A DNA stretch of 64,000 bases from Takakia lepidozioides. Lineage: Eukaryota > Plantae > Bryophyta. Both the position numbers and the translations under genes were made by a program. Under the pieces are notes generated by a model that searched no databases, was not told the DNA's origin, and saw only the letters and a list, made by a program, of their open reading frames with translations. Within the stretch, counting starts at the first letter, position 1; each line of letters opens with the position of its first letter. The stretch covers positions 70,060,001-70,124,000 of the forward strand of contig CM060732.1 of NCBI GenBank assembly GCA_030704615.1, given 5' to 3'. Shown piece by piece: positions 37,496-50,299 of this stretch.

Positions 37496-38323
37496 TTTCC
37501 TTTTCGCAAAATCACTGTCACTGTTGTGCTATTTGATGGAATATAGATGAAAGACAAAAAGGTTTATGACAAAGCAAACTAGATATGCAATGACCTACAA
37601 TTTTATTGATAGGTTGCACTATTGAGTAGAGAAAAAAATCACATAAAAAATTTTATATGAGAGAGAGAAAACAAATATGATGTCTAAGAGAGAGAATGTC
37701 CTTACAATTATATCATCTTTACGAGTGCAAGCTTCCTTCAAATATCTATTGACCGCATCATTATGTATTCAATATTACAATCTTCATATGCAAGGGTCTA
37801 GCTCTTCAAACATTTTTGGCACTTGGACTTATAGATCTACACAATAACTTGCAACTTGCAAGATGCCAATCGTGTGAGTCTTTCTAAGTTAATGCATACG
37901 GAACAAGAAAAAATCTATCCGCTTCAAATTAGTCAGAATGATAAGATAAAAAATATATTCAATATGATGTCATGGACGATCAATCACCATCTAGAAAATG
38001 TCTATTTACGATTAATCATGATGTAATAGTCATCTATTGGGACCTACTCAGACACGTCAATTGGGACCTACTCAGACACGTCAATAGGAGGAGGGTAGGA
38101 GGAGGGAGATGGGTTGTCATTTGTGCCTTAGCAAACCACGCTACCATTTGGGCACAACATTACAATGCCCAAGGGATGCATCCCATGACACCTACCATAT
38201 CACAAATTACAATGTTGTTATTCTCATGAGGGTACATGTTTCCTATGTCATTTGTATATTTAATTTGTGGATGAATGTCGACCTTAAAATAAAGTCTATG
38301 AATGAATTTTCTTAGTTTTAAGG

Positions 38324-39295
38324 AAATATGCGTCATTAAAATTTTATTGATAAAAAGGGAAAAAATAAACCCTTGAGGATGGATGAGCCCAAGAGAAAGA
38401 CCGGCCATGCTATTAGCATCTCATTATGCCATAAAAATTTACATATGAATAAAAACGGAAAAACAATAACACTTTTTCATTTGATTACTAGGCCTTGTCC
38501 CTTCAAAATTAATAATTTAAAAATGTGTCTTTCTTCCCTTCCTTTGGGCGGAGTCTGTCCTTTAGCCTGAATGTGCTTGCCGTCTCAAGGTCCCAAAGCA
38601 ATAGCAGATCCAACGGAATACATTCAACGGGTGAACGGATGGTTGCCCATCCAAATCATTAAATATGCGTCATTAAAATTTTATTGATAAAAAGGGAAAA
38701 AATAAACCCTTGAGGATGGGTGAGCCCAAGAGAAAGACCGACCATGCTATTAGCATCTCATTATGCCATAAAAATTTACATATGAATAAAAATGGAAAAA
38801 CAATAACACTTTTTCATTTGATTACTAGGTCTTGTCCCTTTCTTCAAAACTAATAATTTAAAAATGTATCTTCTTCCCTTCATTTGGGCGGAGTCTATCC
38901 CTTTAGCCTGAATGTGCTTGCCGTAACGGAATACATTCAACGGGTGAACGGATGGTTGCCCATCCAAATCATTTTTGTTTGCTTCCAAACTTTGCCAGTA
39001 CGTTCCAAGCACCCTCTCACAGGTCCCCGACTAATATGAGATCAATCGAAATTCATTCGATGGCTCAACGGATGGTTGGCCATCGAAATGATTTTGGTTC
39101 GCTTTGAGACTTGGCCACTATGTTCAATGTACCATGTAAGAGGCCCCAAAGTAATATGAGATCAATCGAAATTTGTTCAATGGGCCAACGGATGGTTGCC
39201 CACCCAAATGATTTTCGTTCGCTTTGAAACTTGGCCAGTGTGTTCATTGTACCCTCTGATACGTCCCAGTGTAATATGAGATCAATCGAAATTAT
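38324..39295. repeat. ~335-bp tandem duplication followed by a ~120-bp tandem repeat
   Basis: aaatatgcgtcattaaaattttattg at 38324 and 38661; taatatgagatcaatcgaaatt three times; recurring caacggatggttg core. Confidence 0.85.
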
Positions 39296-40219
39296 TTTGT
39301 GCTTTGAGAACTTTGTGGGTATGTTCGTAGAAAGATCATAGATTTTGTGAAATGATTATGAAATACGCAGGGACCAGGCGAAATTTGTTTGGAAGACGAC
39401 CGTTCGTAACTCGTTATAACTTATTGGTTTACATCAATTTTCCTTGTTCTCCAGCTTTCGGAGTTCATTGCAAATACCCACATACACGTCATGACCAAAT
39501 ATGACACCATTGTAAATTTGTTTATAGGGTGAACCGCTTCTTCTCCATCACACGAGTATAAATGTAAAAAAAACGCTGCTCATGCAATTGAAATTAGCAG
39601 GTGCCGCATATGTGCATTGTGTATTAACAAAATTGGTGATATACGAAAATGACGAAATGCTATCACTGTGTTTTCCAACAATATTCAAGGTATAACAAAA
39701 ATGCACATTGTATATGTACTACGCGGCCAAAATGCCCCCCAAAAAAAGTGTTCTCTTCGTTCACTATTGCATAACTCTCTATGAAGAATGCATGAAATTG
39801 AACACAAATCAAGTTTGGAGTGCAAAACAGGGAAGAAACTGTGGTTTTGGGTCCAAATGAATTATGTTCCCTCCCAAATTTGGCATGTACATTGCATATG
39901 GCTACATTACACGCCCTATTAAAAAACGGAATGAAAAAAAAATCTTGAGCACGCGAAACACAGTTTAATTTGAAAAAGGTTATTTCTCCTCTTATTACAA
40001 TTAAGGGGCCTGACGGACATGACCCTAGATTTTATGCCCATAGAGTTCTCTAGTTGGCATGGTTCATAGCTTGTTGTGTGTGGAGCGACCATGACAGATT
40101 TTTACGTCGGCCATAGTGGTTGTTTGGTAAGGTTCCCCATGATTGTTTTGCCTTATGGCCATGACAAGGTTATTTTTGTCTTTTTGTTTTTTAATGTATA
40201 AATAAAAGGGGTTGGAGGC

Positions 40220-42210
40220 CCTATATCAATATATGAATTAAGACGATTTGTTTTGTTTTGTTTTGTTTTGTTTTGTCTCGTATCATATTAAAGAGACATG
40301 GAAAAAGTAACCATGTGATAAGGCCGTAAAGGTGATTACGTCAAAAAAAATGATCGGGTCATACCCAATACTGTCCTCATTAGGGATAAGCTTTAGAGTA
40401 CAGCTAGAGCCGATTCATTGGTTGTGAAATCGTAAGGGGAAGAGGCTCTTATTTACGCTAGCTTCGGTTGGCGTCATATATATATATCAATATATGAATC
40501 GAGACGTTTGTTTTGTTTTGTTTTGTTTTGTGGTGTGGTGTCGTTGAGATCTCCCAAACCGCGGGGCCCAAGCGCGGGTGCTTGGTGTTGTTGGAAAGCC
40601 CTCGGTGAGGAGGGGTGCACCGGCTTGGTCTCAGGATTTTTGGACAAGCGGTGAGGGAGAAGTGGAATTCCAAATCCTTTTGGTCGCTGGAAATTCACAA
40701 AAAACTAGGGTAGCCTGTGTCATTGGCCCAAGTTTCCAGTGCTATCTAAGCCCAAGTGTAATCTCCTATGTATCCAAGTGCGTCTCCTATGTCGAGGCCC
40801 AAGTGTCCAGTCCATCTAAGCCCAAGTGCAATCTCCTATGTATCCAAGTGCGTCTCCTATGTCGAGGCCCAAGTGCGACCTCTAGGGTAGCATGTGCCGT
40901 TGGCCCATGTCCGGTGTCATCTAAGCCCAAGTGTAAGATCTCCTATGTATATATATATCCTAGTGCGTCCCCTATGTCAAGGCCCAAGTGTGACCTCCAG
41001 GGTGGCATGTGTCGTTGGCCCATGTGTGAAGAATCGAAATCTAAGACCCAATGCGTCTCCTATGTGTGAACTAATATGTAATAATCCATGTAACCAAAGG
41101 CGTCTCCCATGTGCAGCTCCTATGTCGAGGCCCATCTAAGCCCAAGCGCAATCTTCTATGTATCCAAGTGCATCTCCCATGTAGAGGCCCAAGTGTCTAG
41201 TGTCATCTAAGCCCAAGTGCAATCTCCTATGTATCCAAGGGCGTCTCCCATGTGCATCTCCTATCTCCTATATATCCAAGTTCGTCTCCCATGTCAAGGC
41301 CCCATTTTTTTTTTCATGAATTTATTGAGTAGTAATATCCAATCATTATTGATATATCTCCCGTCTCTAGGATAGCATGTGCCATTGGCCCAAGTGTCCC
41401 ATGTCATCTAAGTCCAAGTGCATCAATATATGAAGCAAGCCAATATCTAATCATTTTTTTTTCCCATAGAGCCTACGACCAGATTTGAACCGCAAAACTT
41501 TCCCTTGATATCTCTCTTGTCGAGGCTCCAACCATTGTCCCACTTTGCTATTTTTCCCGAATTTCCAGCGACCCAAAGTACTTGAAATTCCACATCTCCC
41601 ACACCGCATGTCCAAAATTCATGAGACCAAGCCCCTGCACCCCTCCTCAAGGACGGCTTTCCAAGGGTACCAAGCACCAGGGCTGGGGCCTTGCCATTTG
41701 GGACATCTCAACAAACGTCTCGCTTCATATATTGACTAGGGTAGCATGTGTCGTTGGCCCAAGTGTCCAGTGTCATCTAAACCCAAGTGGAAGATCTTGT
41801 ATCCGAGTGCGTCTCCTATGTCGAGGCCCAAGTGCGACCTCTAGTGTAGCCTATGCGATTGGCCCATGTGTGAAGAATTGAAATCTAAGACCAAGTGCAA
41901 TTTCCTAGGTATCCTAGTGTGTCTCCGATGTGGAGGCCCATCTAAGCTCAATTGTAATCTTCTATTCATGTATCCTAGTGCATCCCCCATGTAGGGCCCA
42001 AGTGTCTGGTGTCTTCTAAGCTCAAGTGCAATTCTTCTATTCATGTATCCAAGTGCATCTCCCATGTAGAGGCCTAAGTACTTCTCCCATGTCAAGGCCT
42101 AATTCATTTTTTTCCATGAATTTATTGAGTAATAATATATCTAATCATTATTGATATATCTCTTGTGGAGGCTCCAATCATTGGCCCAAGTGCAACCTCC
42201 AGTGTCCAAG
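40220..42210. mobile_element. Cluster of Helitron-like termini and ccaagtg/ctcctatgt minisatellite
   Basis: 5'-type TCAATATATGAA at ~40226, 40487, 41423 (+) and 41735 (-); 3'-type hairpin-CTAG at 40705, ~40883, ~41366, 41736 and ~41842 (-); 40487-40696 is inverted at ~41560-41735. Confidence 0.7.
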
Positions 42211-42969
42211 CGACCCCAACTTAGGCAGTTTGCCCTAATGCCTTGAAGGTAGTTTCGGAAGTAGGTCCCCTGTTTGGGAAAAAATCTTTTCAGGAGCCCT
42301 GATGGACTCTTGGGTGAAGCCGTGTTAACCGCAATAAATAGGCTTGGAAGACAATTAGATATGACTAGTTATATGACAAAGGTTTTGCCCTATAAGTGGA
42401 AGCAACGACGCAATGGCGTGAGCGTACGCTCACGCCAGCTGACGTGGCGTGAGCGTCATGTCAGCATGTTGATGTGGCGGTAAATGATGGCATGGCACTG
42501 TCCGTCATCTGCCACGTCAGCATTAACATGCGCCGCCTATAACCGTGGATGGTCCTATGACCGTGGAATTAATGCAGGGAATCTTGCCGAAATAGAATCA
42601 AGACGAGCGTTGAGGCCTACAATTGCAGCATCCAACATTGTGCAATTACAAATGCTTGTTTCACTTTTACAATTACGAGGACGACAAAATATCCTCACAA
42701 AGTGTGCGCCATAAAGGCTGCCACGGGAAGACCTTCCTCCCTCCTCAAATAACAATGAGAGTTAGGATCATCTTCAAAAGATGATTGTAGTGCATAGCGA
42801 CAGCAAGACATGTAGACTTCGAACGGTGCAATGACAAATGTGCACTACCTAAAAGTTGTCACTCAGAGCTCACTCCGTATAGTTGGAGGCCATATCATTG
42901 CACAACCGACGAATTGATGTGAATTACACATTTCAAATCATGGTCATCCACATACCACATTACATAGTT

Positions 42970-44333
42970 CATGCTACCCATGTGTTGTATCCCGCTGCAA
43001 AAGAGTATCGACCTCGTTGAAACTCATAGTGGCATGGTGAATGAAGTTGTCACGTTTGGGATCGCAAACCATCCTCCTCAAAAATATGAAATACAAATGT
43101 TTGCAGGGTATGAATTTACCTCTCTTGCCCAATATGCTATCATGCTCGTACAAGTCCATGGAATTGTTCGAATAGTACATTGTCATGATTTGTCCCAAAG
43201 GTTGCATCACATGCAACGATACGGTCATGTCCTAGTTCCAGCATTCGTCGTTTCTGCCACGGAGTCTGTATGCCAATAGTGAATGTCAAATCTCCATCAA
43301 AATGCTCGAATGTTGGCTCTAATTTCTCCTCTTGATAGAAAAAAACGGACGGATTCTGCACTCTCCACATGCGCACACTCTCTGCATCATCGGCGTGCTT
43401 TTTGAAGGTTTGCCATGCACGTTTCTCGGCAAGGTTGCGAACATCTTGCTCCAACAAGAAATCATCGCGGGGTCCATGCATCGCCCAAACCGGTGTTGTT
43501 CATCACGTGCTCTTTATGCTCCATCATGATTTGGGCGACCGACAGGCCTCGGCACAAACACTCGACGACCCAGGCTTTCAATTCCTCACTAATGTGTGGT
43601 GCATAGGCGTGGCGGGTGTTCCTGAACTCTGCGGACTTCCCATGCGAGGGTTTCCCTTGCGCATCTGTATGCTCCATGTTGTTGTAGTACGTGATGACAT
43701 AGATGTCAGGGGCGAGATAACATTGCTGGACCTTGAAACAGCATTGGCAACCACGTTTGTAAGACTCTCCATACTCCGACTTCTTTCTCTTTGGGCCTTT
43801 ATGAGGGCAAGATGTTCCAGCACCCACAAGAGGTCCTCCACGCTTCTGTGTGCGCTTGTCATTAGGACTGTAGCAGCATTGATACCTGGATAGAAAATTC
43901 TGAAATGGATATCCAACGACTTGAGGAAGCATAAAATCAGAGAACTCGTGAAACAAAAAATGGCAACGGACATGCAATGAAACGTCAAAAGGACTGAGGA
44001 TGGTGCACACATAATATTGGACAGAAATGTGTTGGCTCTGGGTGCTTTTTGCGAGCCGGGTTCCACTTTAGAATGGACATTCACCCAAAACTGAGTGGGG
44101 TAGTCCTCCAAACTCTCCTCTCCCAGGACGAAGTCACCAACTCTATCCCAAGGTATGCAGACATTTTCAACATTCACTCGCACACCCATAAACCCATATT
44201 GTGTCTCAGTCTTCCAATGGAGATCCTTCCTGTTGAAGGGTCTTGGTTTTGCTGTTTGCAAACATTGTCGAAGAGGCCGTATAAGCGGGCTTTCCGTGAT
44301 CAGTACATCATCAGGTTTTGCTTCCACGTCCAT
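42970..44333 (-). pseudogene. MULE/SWIM-family transposase-related pseudogene, internally deleted or chimeric
   Basis: IPWDRVGDFVLGEE, KRGCQCCF, HAYAPHISEEL, RDDFL, FTIGIQTPWQ, ACDATFGTN, then an abrupt jump to the SWIM tail GKRGKFIPCKHLYFIF. Confidence 0.8.
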
Positions 44334-44829
44334 GCCCTATACAGTACAAAAGATACGCTTCTGAACATGCAAGAAACGCGCCGCAGTACAAGACACGATC
44401 GACAACGTGCCAGGAGAACAGTGCGTACGTTCGCGGCTGCTGGCAAGTGGCAGGCGGTAGGGATGCAGGTTTGAATTGCAGCCCTAAAAATGGAGGGCTC
44501 GGATGGGTTATGGGAATAGACGGTGGCGATCCTGCGCCGTCATCGGACTGGATGGTAGGGGACTGGCTAGCGGACTGGCGGACTGGCAGACTGCGGACTG
44601 GCGGATTGGAGGGCAGCGGACTCATGGGCGGGGGACTGGCCGCGCGGCGGACGGGGGCGCGGGCGCAGTTGCTGCAGCCGCGCCCGCGGCTGGGTGACGC
44701 TGGGGAGCCAGGCGTCTGTGCGCGGGGCCCACCGGCCACATCGCACGTGCCCATTGAAGACCCTATTATCTTAAAATGAGAGGCGTAGTGGAGACGGGGT
44801 TTCACATATTTTCACCAATAATACCCATC

Positions 44830-45402
44830 AGAACATGCTCCAAGTAATGAAGTCTCTTCCAGCATCTCTTCCAGCAGTCTTTAGCTCAATCTTGCACACA
44901 AACTTGGTGGCAGTGTGACTACTGCCACATGTGCGAAGGTTCTGGCTTATGCAGATTGGTGTCCCAGGGGGTGTGCTGATTACCCCCGTAGTGCCAAGCT
45001 TCTGCTTCAGTGGGCAAGGGCCAATTCCTCATCTGATCCACATTGCCCAAGACAAACTGTGTGCATAAACATCCTTGGCGCCGCCCTCCCCTTTTTGGGC
45101 TTCGTCGTCTCCAGTAGACCCAGTGGTGGTAGTTGACGTGCCACGACTGATTCTCGTGCACAACGAACAGCTGGGTCTGATTCCAGACTTGGCACCCCAC
45201 CACCCTGCACCACTTCTGTTGTCCATTCATTGCGATGCTCTAAACAGCAACAGGCTGTACGTTTACATGTTTTGATATCCTCAATCTGTTGGATGCACGT
45301 TATAGACATGGAAGCAGAACATACCCAGCACTCCGGATTTTCCTTTGAACAACGATACCAGCTGCAAGATCTTGAGCACCGAGTCTTCTGTATGTGAGGC
45401 AT
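44830..45402 (-). pseudogene. Inverted PPR-DYW paralog remnant: N-terminus joined to a degenerate DYW domain, no PPR array
   Basis: Exon1/intron/VVGCQVWNQTQ homologous to the neighbouring gene, followed by TQFVLGNVDQ and VISTPPGTPICISQNLRTCGSSHTATKFVCKI. Confidence 0.75.
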
Positions 45403-45805
45403 AGTGCTGTATATCTTCTCAACGGAACATTAGACAGTGGAGCAGCAATGAACGCTTTCCGCCTTGAGGTCCATATATGTTACAAAGCACGCCCCGAGGG
45501 CTAACTTTTGCCAAGCATTCTTCACTCATCTGTTGTAAGAAAATTTTTCGAGACAGAGTTGGAAGCTTTACACATTGCAAGTAGGTTATCGAAAAACTCA
45601 ACCAAAAACTAAACGCCTGTCCCTCGAGAAGAACCGAAAATTCCGTGGAAACAATCCATGGACGACATGCATACAAAAGTGATGCCTCAAGACTTGTAAT
45701 TGTAATATAGTGCATCTCAACAGTCTATCAAGGTCTCGTGAAACATTCAAACCACCTTCTGCCTCCACATGCAGACGATAGGGTGCTCAAGCTGGTATCT
45801 TTCTC

Positions 45806-48298
45806 ATGGGTCTCCAGAAGCACATCTGGCGTGTTCGGTATGTTCGTCTTTCATCCCGTTGAAAAATATAATGTGATGTTCCGATGCTCGATAGTGTGAC
45901 TCAAAACATTGGAAAGATCAAAACATGTAGAGCGACAGTCTCGTCCTGTGTGCAAATTCTTAGCGGAGGGAGGTCAGACGTGGGTAATGAGTTTGGGTGT
46001 TTGTTATGCAGAGTGGTAGGGTGCCAAGTCTGGAATGAGACCCAGGTTTTAATTGGGCATCAGAGTCGGGCCGAGGACGTGAGTCTTGGCACGTCCACCA
46101 TTACAACTGATGCTAATGGAGGAGGAATTCACAGTCAAATTGGGGAGGAAAGCAGCAAGGACTCTAGTGCAGCTAGTGGGGATGTGATCACAGTGTGCAA
46201 GGATGGACGATCGACGGACCCGGTGCACATTTTGGATCTCATGGAGCAAAGAGGGTTTCGGGCATATTCGCATACCTGTTCTCGTCTCTTGCAAGGATAT
46301 GGTAAGACAAATGCATTAGAAGATGGCAAGGCCGTTCATGCCCACATCAAAAAGAGTGGATTCGAGCCAGACACCTTCCTAGGGAATACCCTCGTCAGCA
46401 TGTATGTCAAGTGCGGGAGTGTTGTGGATGCGCGTGAAGTGTTCGACACAATGCCTAAGCGAGATGTGATTTCTTGGAATACGATGATTGCAGGATTAGC
46501 TCAGCAGGAGCATTCTGGAGAGGCAATCAAACTCTTCCAACAAATGCATCGAGAAGGCATAAAGCCTGACAAGGTCTCATTTATTAGCATCCTCAAAATA
46601 TGTGCCAGTCCAGCAGCTCTGGGACAGGGCAAACTGCTCCATGCAAGCATCATCAAACTTGGATTTGAGTCAGATGTCCAAGTGGGAACTGCACTTGTCA
46701 GCATGTATTGCAAGTGTGGGAGTGTGGTGGATGCTGGCCAAGTGTTTGCTAAAATGCCTACGCGAGATGTGGTTTCATGGACTGCGATGATTGCAGGATG
46801 TGCTCAGTATGGAGATGCTGAGGAGGCTTTTAAACACTTTAGGAAAATGCAAGGAGAAGGCACTAAGGCAGACAAGGTCACTTTCATTAGCATTCTCAAC
46901 GCATGTGGCAGCCCATCAGCTCTAGATCAGGGGAAGTGGGTCCATGCATGCATCATCAAAGCTGGATTTGAGTCAGATGTTCGAGTGGGGAATGCCCTCA
47001 TCACTATGTTTTGCAAGTGTGGGAGTGTGGTGGATGCACGGCAGGTGTTTGACAAAATGCCCAGGCGAGATGTGGTCTCATGGACTGCCATGATTGCAGG
47101 ATTTGCCCAATATAGGGATAGTGAGGAGGTTGTTGAACTCTTTTGGCAAATGCAAAGAGAAGGTGTGAAGCCAAACAACATCACTTTCATTAGCATCCTC
47201 AATGCATGTGCGACCCTTGCAGCACTGGAAGAGGGGAAATGGGTCCATGGTCACATCGTGAAATCTACATCTGAGGCAGATGTCTATGTGTGTACTGCCC
47301 TCGTTGATATGTATGCCAAGTGTGGAAACGTGGATGATGCACGGACAGTGTTTAACAAGATTATGGAACGAGATGAGGTCCTGTGGAATGCAATTATTAT
47401 GGGATATGCTCAGCATGGGCGTGGCCAGGAAGCCCTCCGACTCTTTGAACAGATGCAACAGGAAGGGGTGAAACCAAACAGCGTCACATTTATCGGTGTT
47501 CTCTCTGCATGCAGCTATGTCGGCCTAGTGGAGGAAGGATTTTGTCAATTTCTTTCTATGAGTCACGATCACCACATTACACCAACAGAAAAGCACTATG
47601 GATGCATGGTTGACCTTCTTGGTCGTGCAGGGTGCTTGGGTGAGGCAGAAGACTTCATCAACAAAATGCCATTTGAACCAGGTGCTGGCGTGTGGGGGGC
47701 CTTGCTTGGTGCCTGCAGAGTGCATTGCAATGTGGGGATAGCAGAACGTGCTGCAGACCATATTCTGAAGTTGGAACCACAAAATGCTGGAATGTATATA
47801 TTACTATCGAACATCTATGCTGCAGCCGGTAGGTGGGATGATGTAGCAAAAGTCAGAAATGTAATGGAGGCCAGAGGTGTGAAAAAGGAGCCAGGACGCA
47901 CCTGGATCAAGGTGAAGAACAGGGTACATGCATTCATTGCAGAAGATAGGTCACATCCACTAACAGACGAGATCTATACTGAGTTAGAGGGATTGACAAT
48001 GAAGATGAAGGCAGCTGGATATTTGCCTGACACAAGCTTCGTGTTGCATGATGTGGATCAGCAGAGAAAAGAAAAGTCTCTTTGCCACCACAGTGAAAAA
48101 TTGGCCATTGCTTTTGGTCTCATTAGTACACCCTCTGGAACACCTCTTCGCATCATCAAAAACCTTAGTGTGTGTGGTGACTGTCACACTGCCACCAAGT
48201 TTATTTCCAAGATTGTTGGACGAGAAATTGTTGCAAGGGATGCCAACCGATTTCATCACTTCAAAAATGGGGTGTGTTCTTGTGGGGATTATTGGTGA
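45806..48298 (+). CDS. PLS-class PPR-E-DYW organellar C-to-U RNA editing factor
   Basis: Intact ORF 45884-48298 with P-L-S repeats, E domains, PG box (EPGRTWI), HSE, CGDC and terminal DYW; likely true start MGLQKHIWRVR in exon 45806-45837 spliced to 46012. Confidence 0.95.
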
Positions 48299-50299
48299 TG
48301 GTAGGTGGACAATTCTTTCGAAGTCAACTGTTGCTTCTGGTGCCCCGACTTCTTTGTCTCAATCATTTCACAATGCCATTTGAAATGGTTGTAGAGAGCA
48401 CATGGATAATGTGACCAAATCGAGTGGGGCGGACAGTGATACCCATCAATGTTGAAAGAGATGGAGCAACTCTGTATAGAGGTACCAAAAGTTCAGGTCT
48501 GTTTCTTTCCCCTGCAGATGCCTGGTTCTAATGAATATGTTGTGGTTGGATGATTTTCTCATCCAAACCATGCAAAACCCCTCCGTATCTGGGGCTTTAC
48601 AAGGCAGCACGTTTGTGTTGCACATGGCTGTGGGGTCAACAGCATTCCAGAACGTATAGGCTCCACAGTATTGGTTATGGCTAGACAGTCATAATCATGG
48701 TGCTCTCTCGTTGATTCTGATGCTGGCACACTGCAATGTGTTGGTTGCTGATTCAATTTCAGAGCAGGACCGGAAATTGCGTCCCTTTATGCGTCCCTTT
48801 ATGCATCCCACATTCTGCCACTCTTTTCCTATTAAGGGACTTGAGAAGAGAGAGATGTACAAATAACTGGGCAGGTTAAATGCAGGTTCAAGCCTCACAA
48901 TTTAAGCTCTCAACTGTCCAAGCTGTTCAAGATGGCTTTGACAGTATGCCTCATTAAATGAGTCAGTATGTTTACTATGACTATTGACTCATGCCTGTTC
49001 CAGCAGACGCGAACATTTGGTCAATTTCTTGGCTAGGGGCGAGGATGCTTGACTTTAGGAAAATGTCAATATTTGATTCTGCAGGAAAAATCGCTAAAAG
49101 ATGGACCCCTGCGGAAGCAGTGTCTCTTCACCCTCAAGGTCCTTCGTTTTTGGAATCGTAATGGCTGTGCAGTCCCATTTTACCACACTTAAAAATTGAT
49201 TGGTGATCCCTCCTTTATAACTAAGTTGGTTAACATGGGTGACATCCAACACACACCCACTTGTATGGTGGCGGTATGCCTTGAGCATTGGACATCCATT
49301 TGTTGGATGCTTGAGATGGCTAAAAGATAGCCTGTTGCAAGTGATGCATACAAAAAGCTACATAAAGGAGATAAATCATGCAGGATTGTAATCACCACAC
49401 CTCCTGAAATCATTATGTTGACTGCTATGACTATGTCTCAGTATATGCAAGTAACCAGCAACTGGGGAAATTTTCAATCACCTAGTGAAGGGAAATAATA
49501 ATTGATACACATGCATTTATGATTTTAATTTTGCTGTATGTGTCAACTTGCAGAATTGCCCCCACATGAGTTCTGGCACATAATATGTAAAGCTCTCAGC
49601 ACTGGTGGCTGCTCCAGGGCTCTGTCTTCATTGGGGTCCTTCACCACATCAGAGGCCATGGTGTGATACCAATCTGCCTTCTTACAGGTCTCACTTTGAG
49701 CTTGTTGCGTTGTTGCTAGAAGTTTTCCGTGTGCTCGAAGACTCTGTATAGATATACTGAACAAGAAGCAAGTGGCAAAGCTGCTGTAGACTCTGTTCTG
49801 GGCAGAACTTCAGGTCAGCCAACTGTAGTTTGGGGAAGGTCGAGATGTTGAAGGGCCAAGTAAATGGAATATCATGCCACCACCTCCGCTCAGAAGTGCC
49901 CCTTGTTGAAGGTGTTGAAGGCCATCATCCTTGGACACATAGGGTAAGCCTTGTTTCCTTGCAAATTGTCTCATTGTGGCAGAGTTGTTGCCATTACCGA
50001 AGTTTCTTGCAGTCGGTTTAATCTACACATCAAACAATGCTGCTGTGGGTTTCTGACCGTTTTGGTCCTCGCACAACTGGTTTAAGTCTAGGTGAAGACT
50101 CCTATCAAATGTTTGGAAGTTATAATGCCATTCCTGACTAAGATTTTCTCAGATCTATATAATAATATTTTCCCATTTTCAAATCCAAAAATATAGATGA
50201 CATTGTAACAGTGTGCCATGAGGTGCCATACATTCAAGACACCATAAAGTAATTCAGGCTCTATGGTTGACTTACATGTCTTGGAGATGTAACTGCTGT

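Noticed and set aside
49540-50110. Additional coding exon of the R3H gene
   Set aside because: An in-frame stop occurs at 50300 and no conserved frame was found; more likely a spliced 3' UTR.
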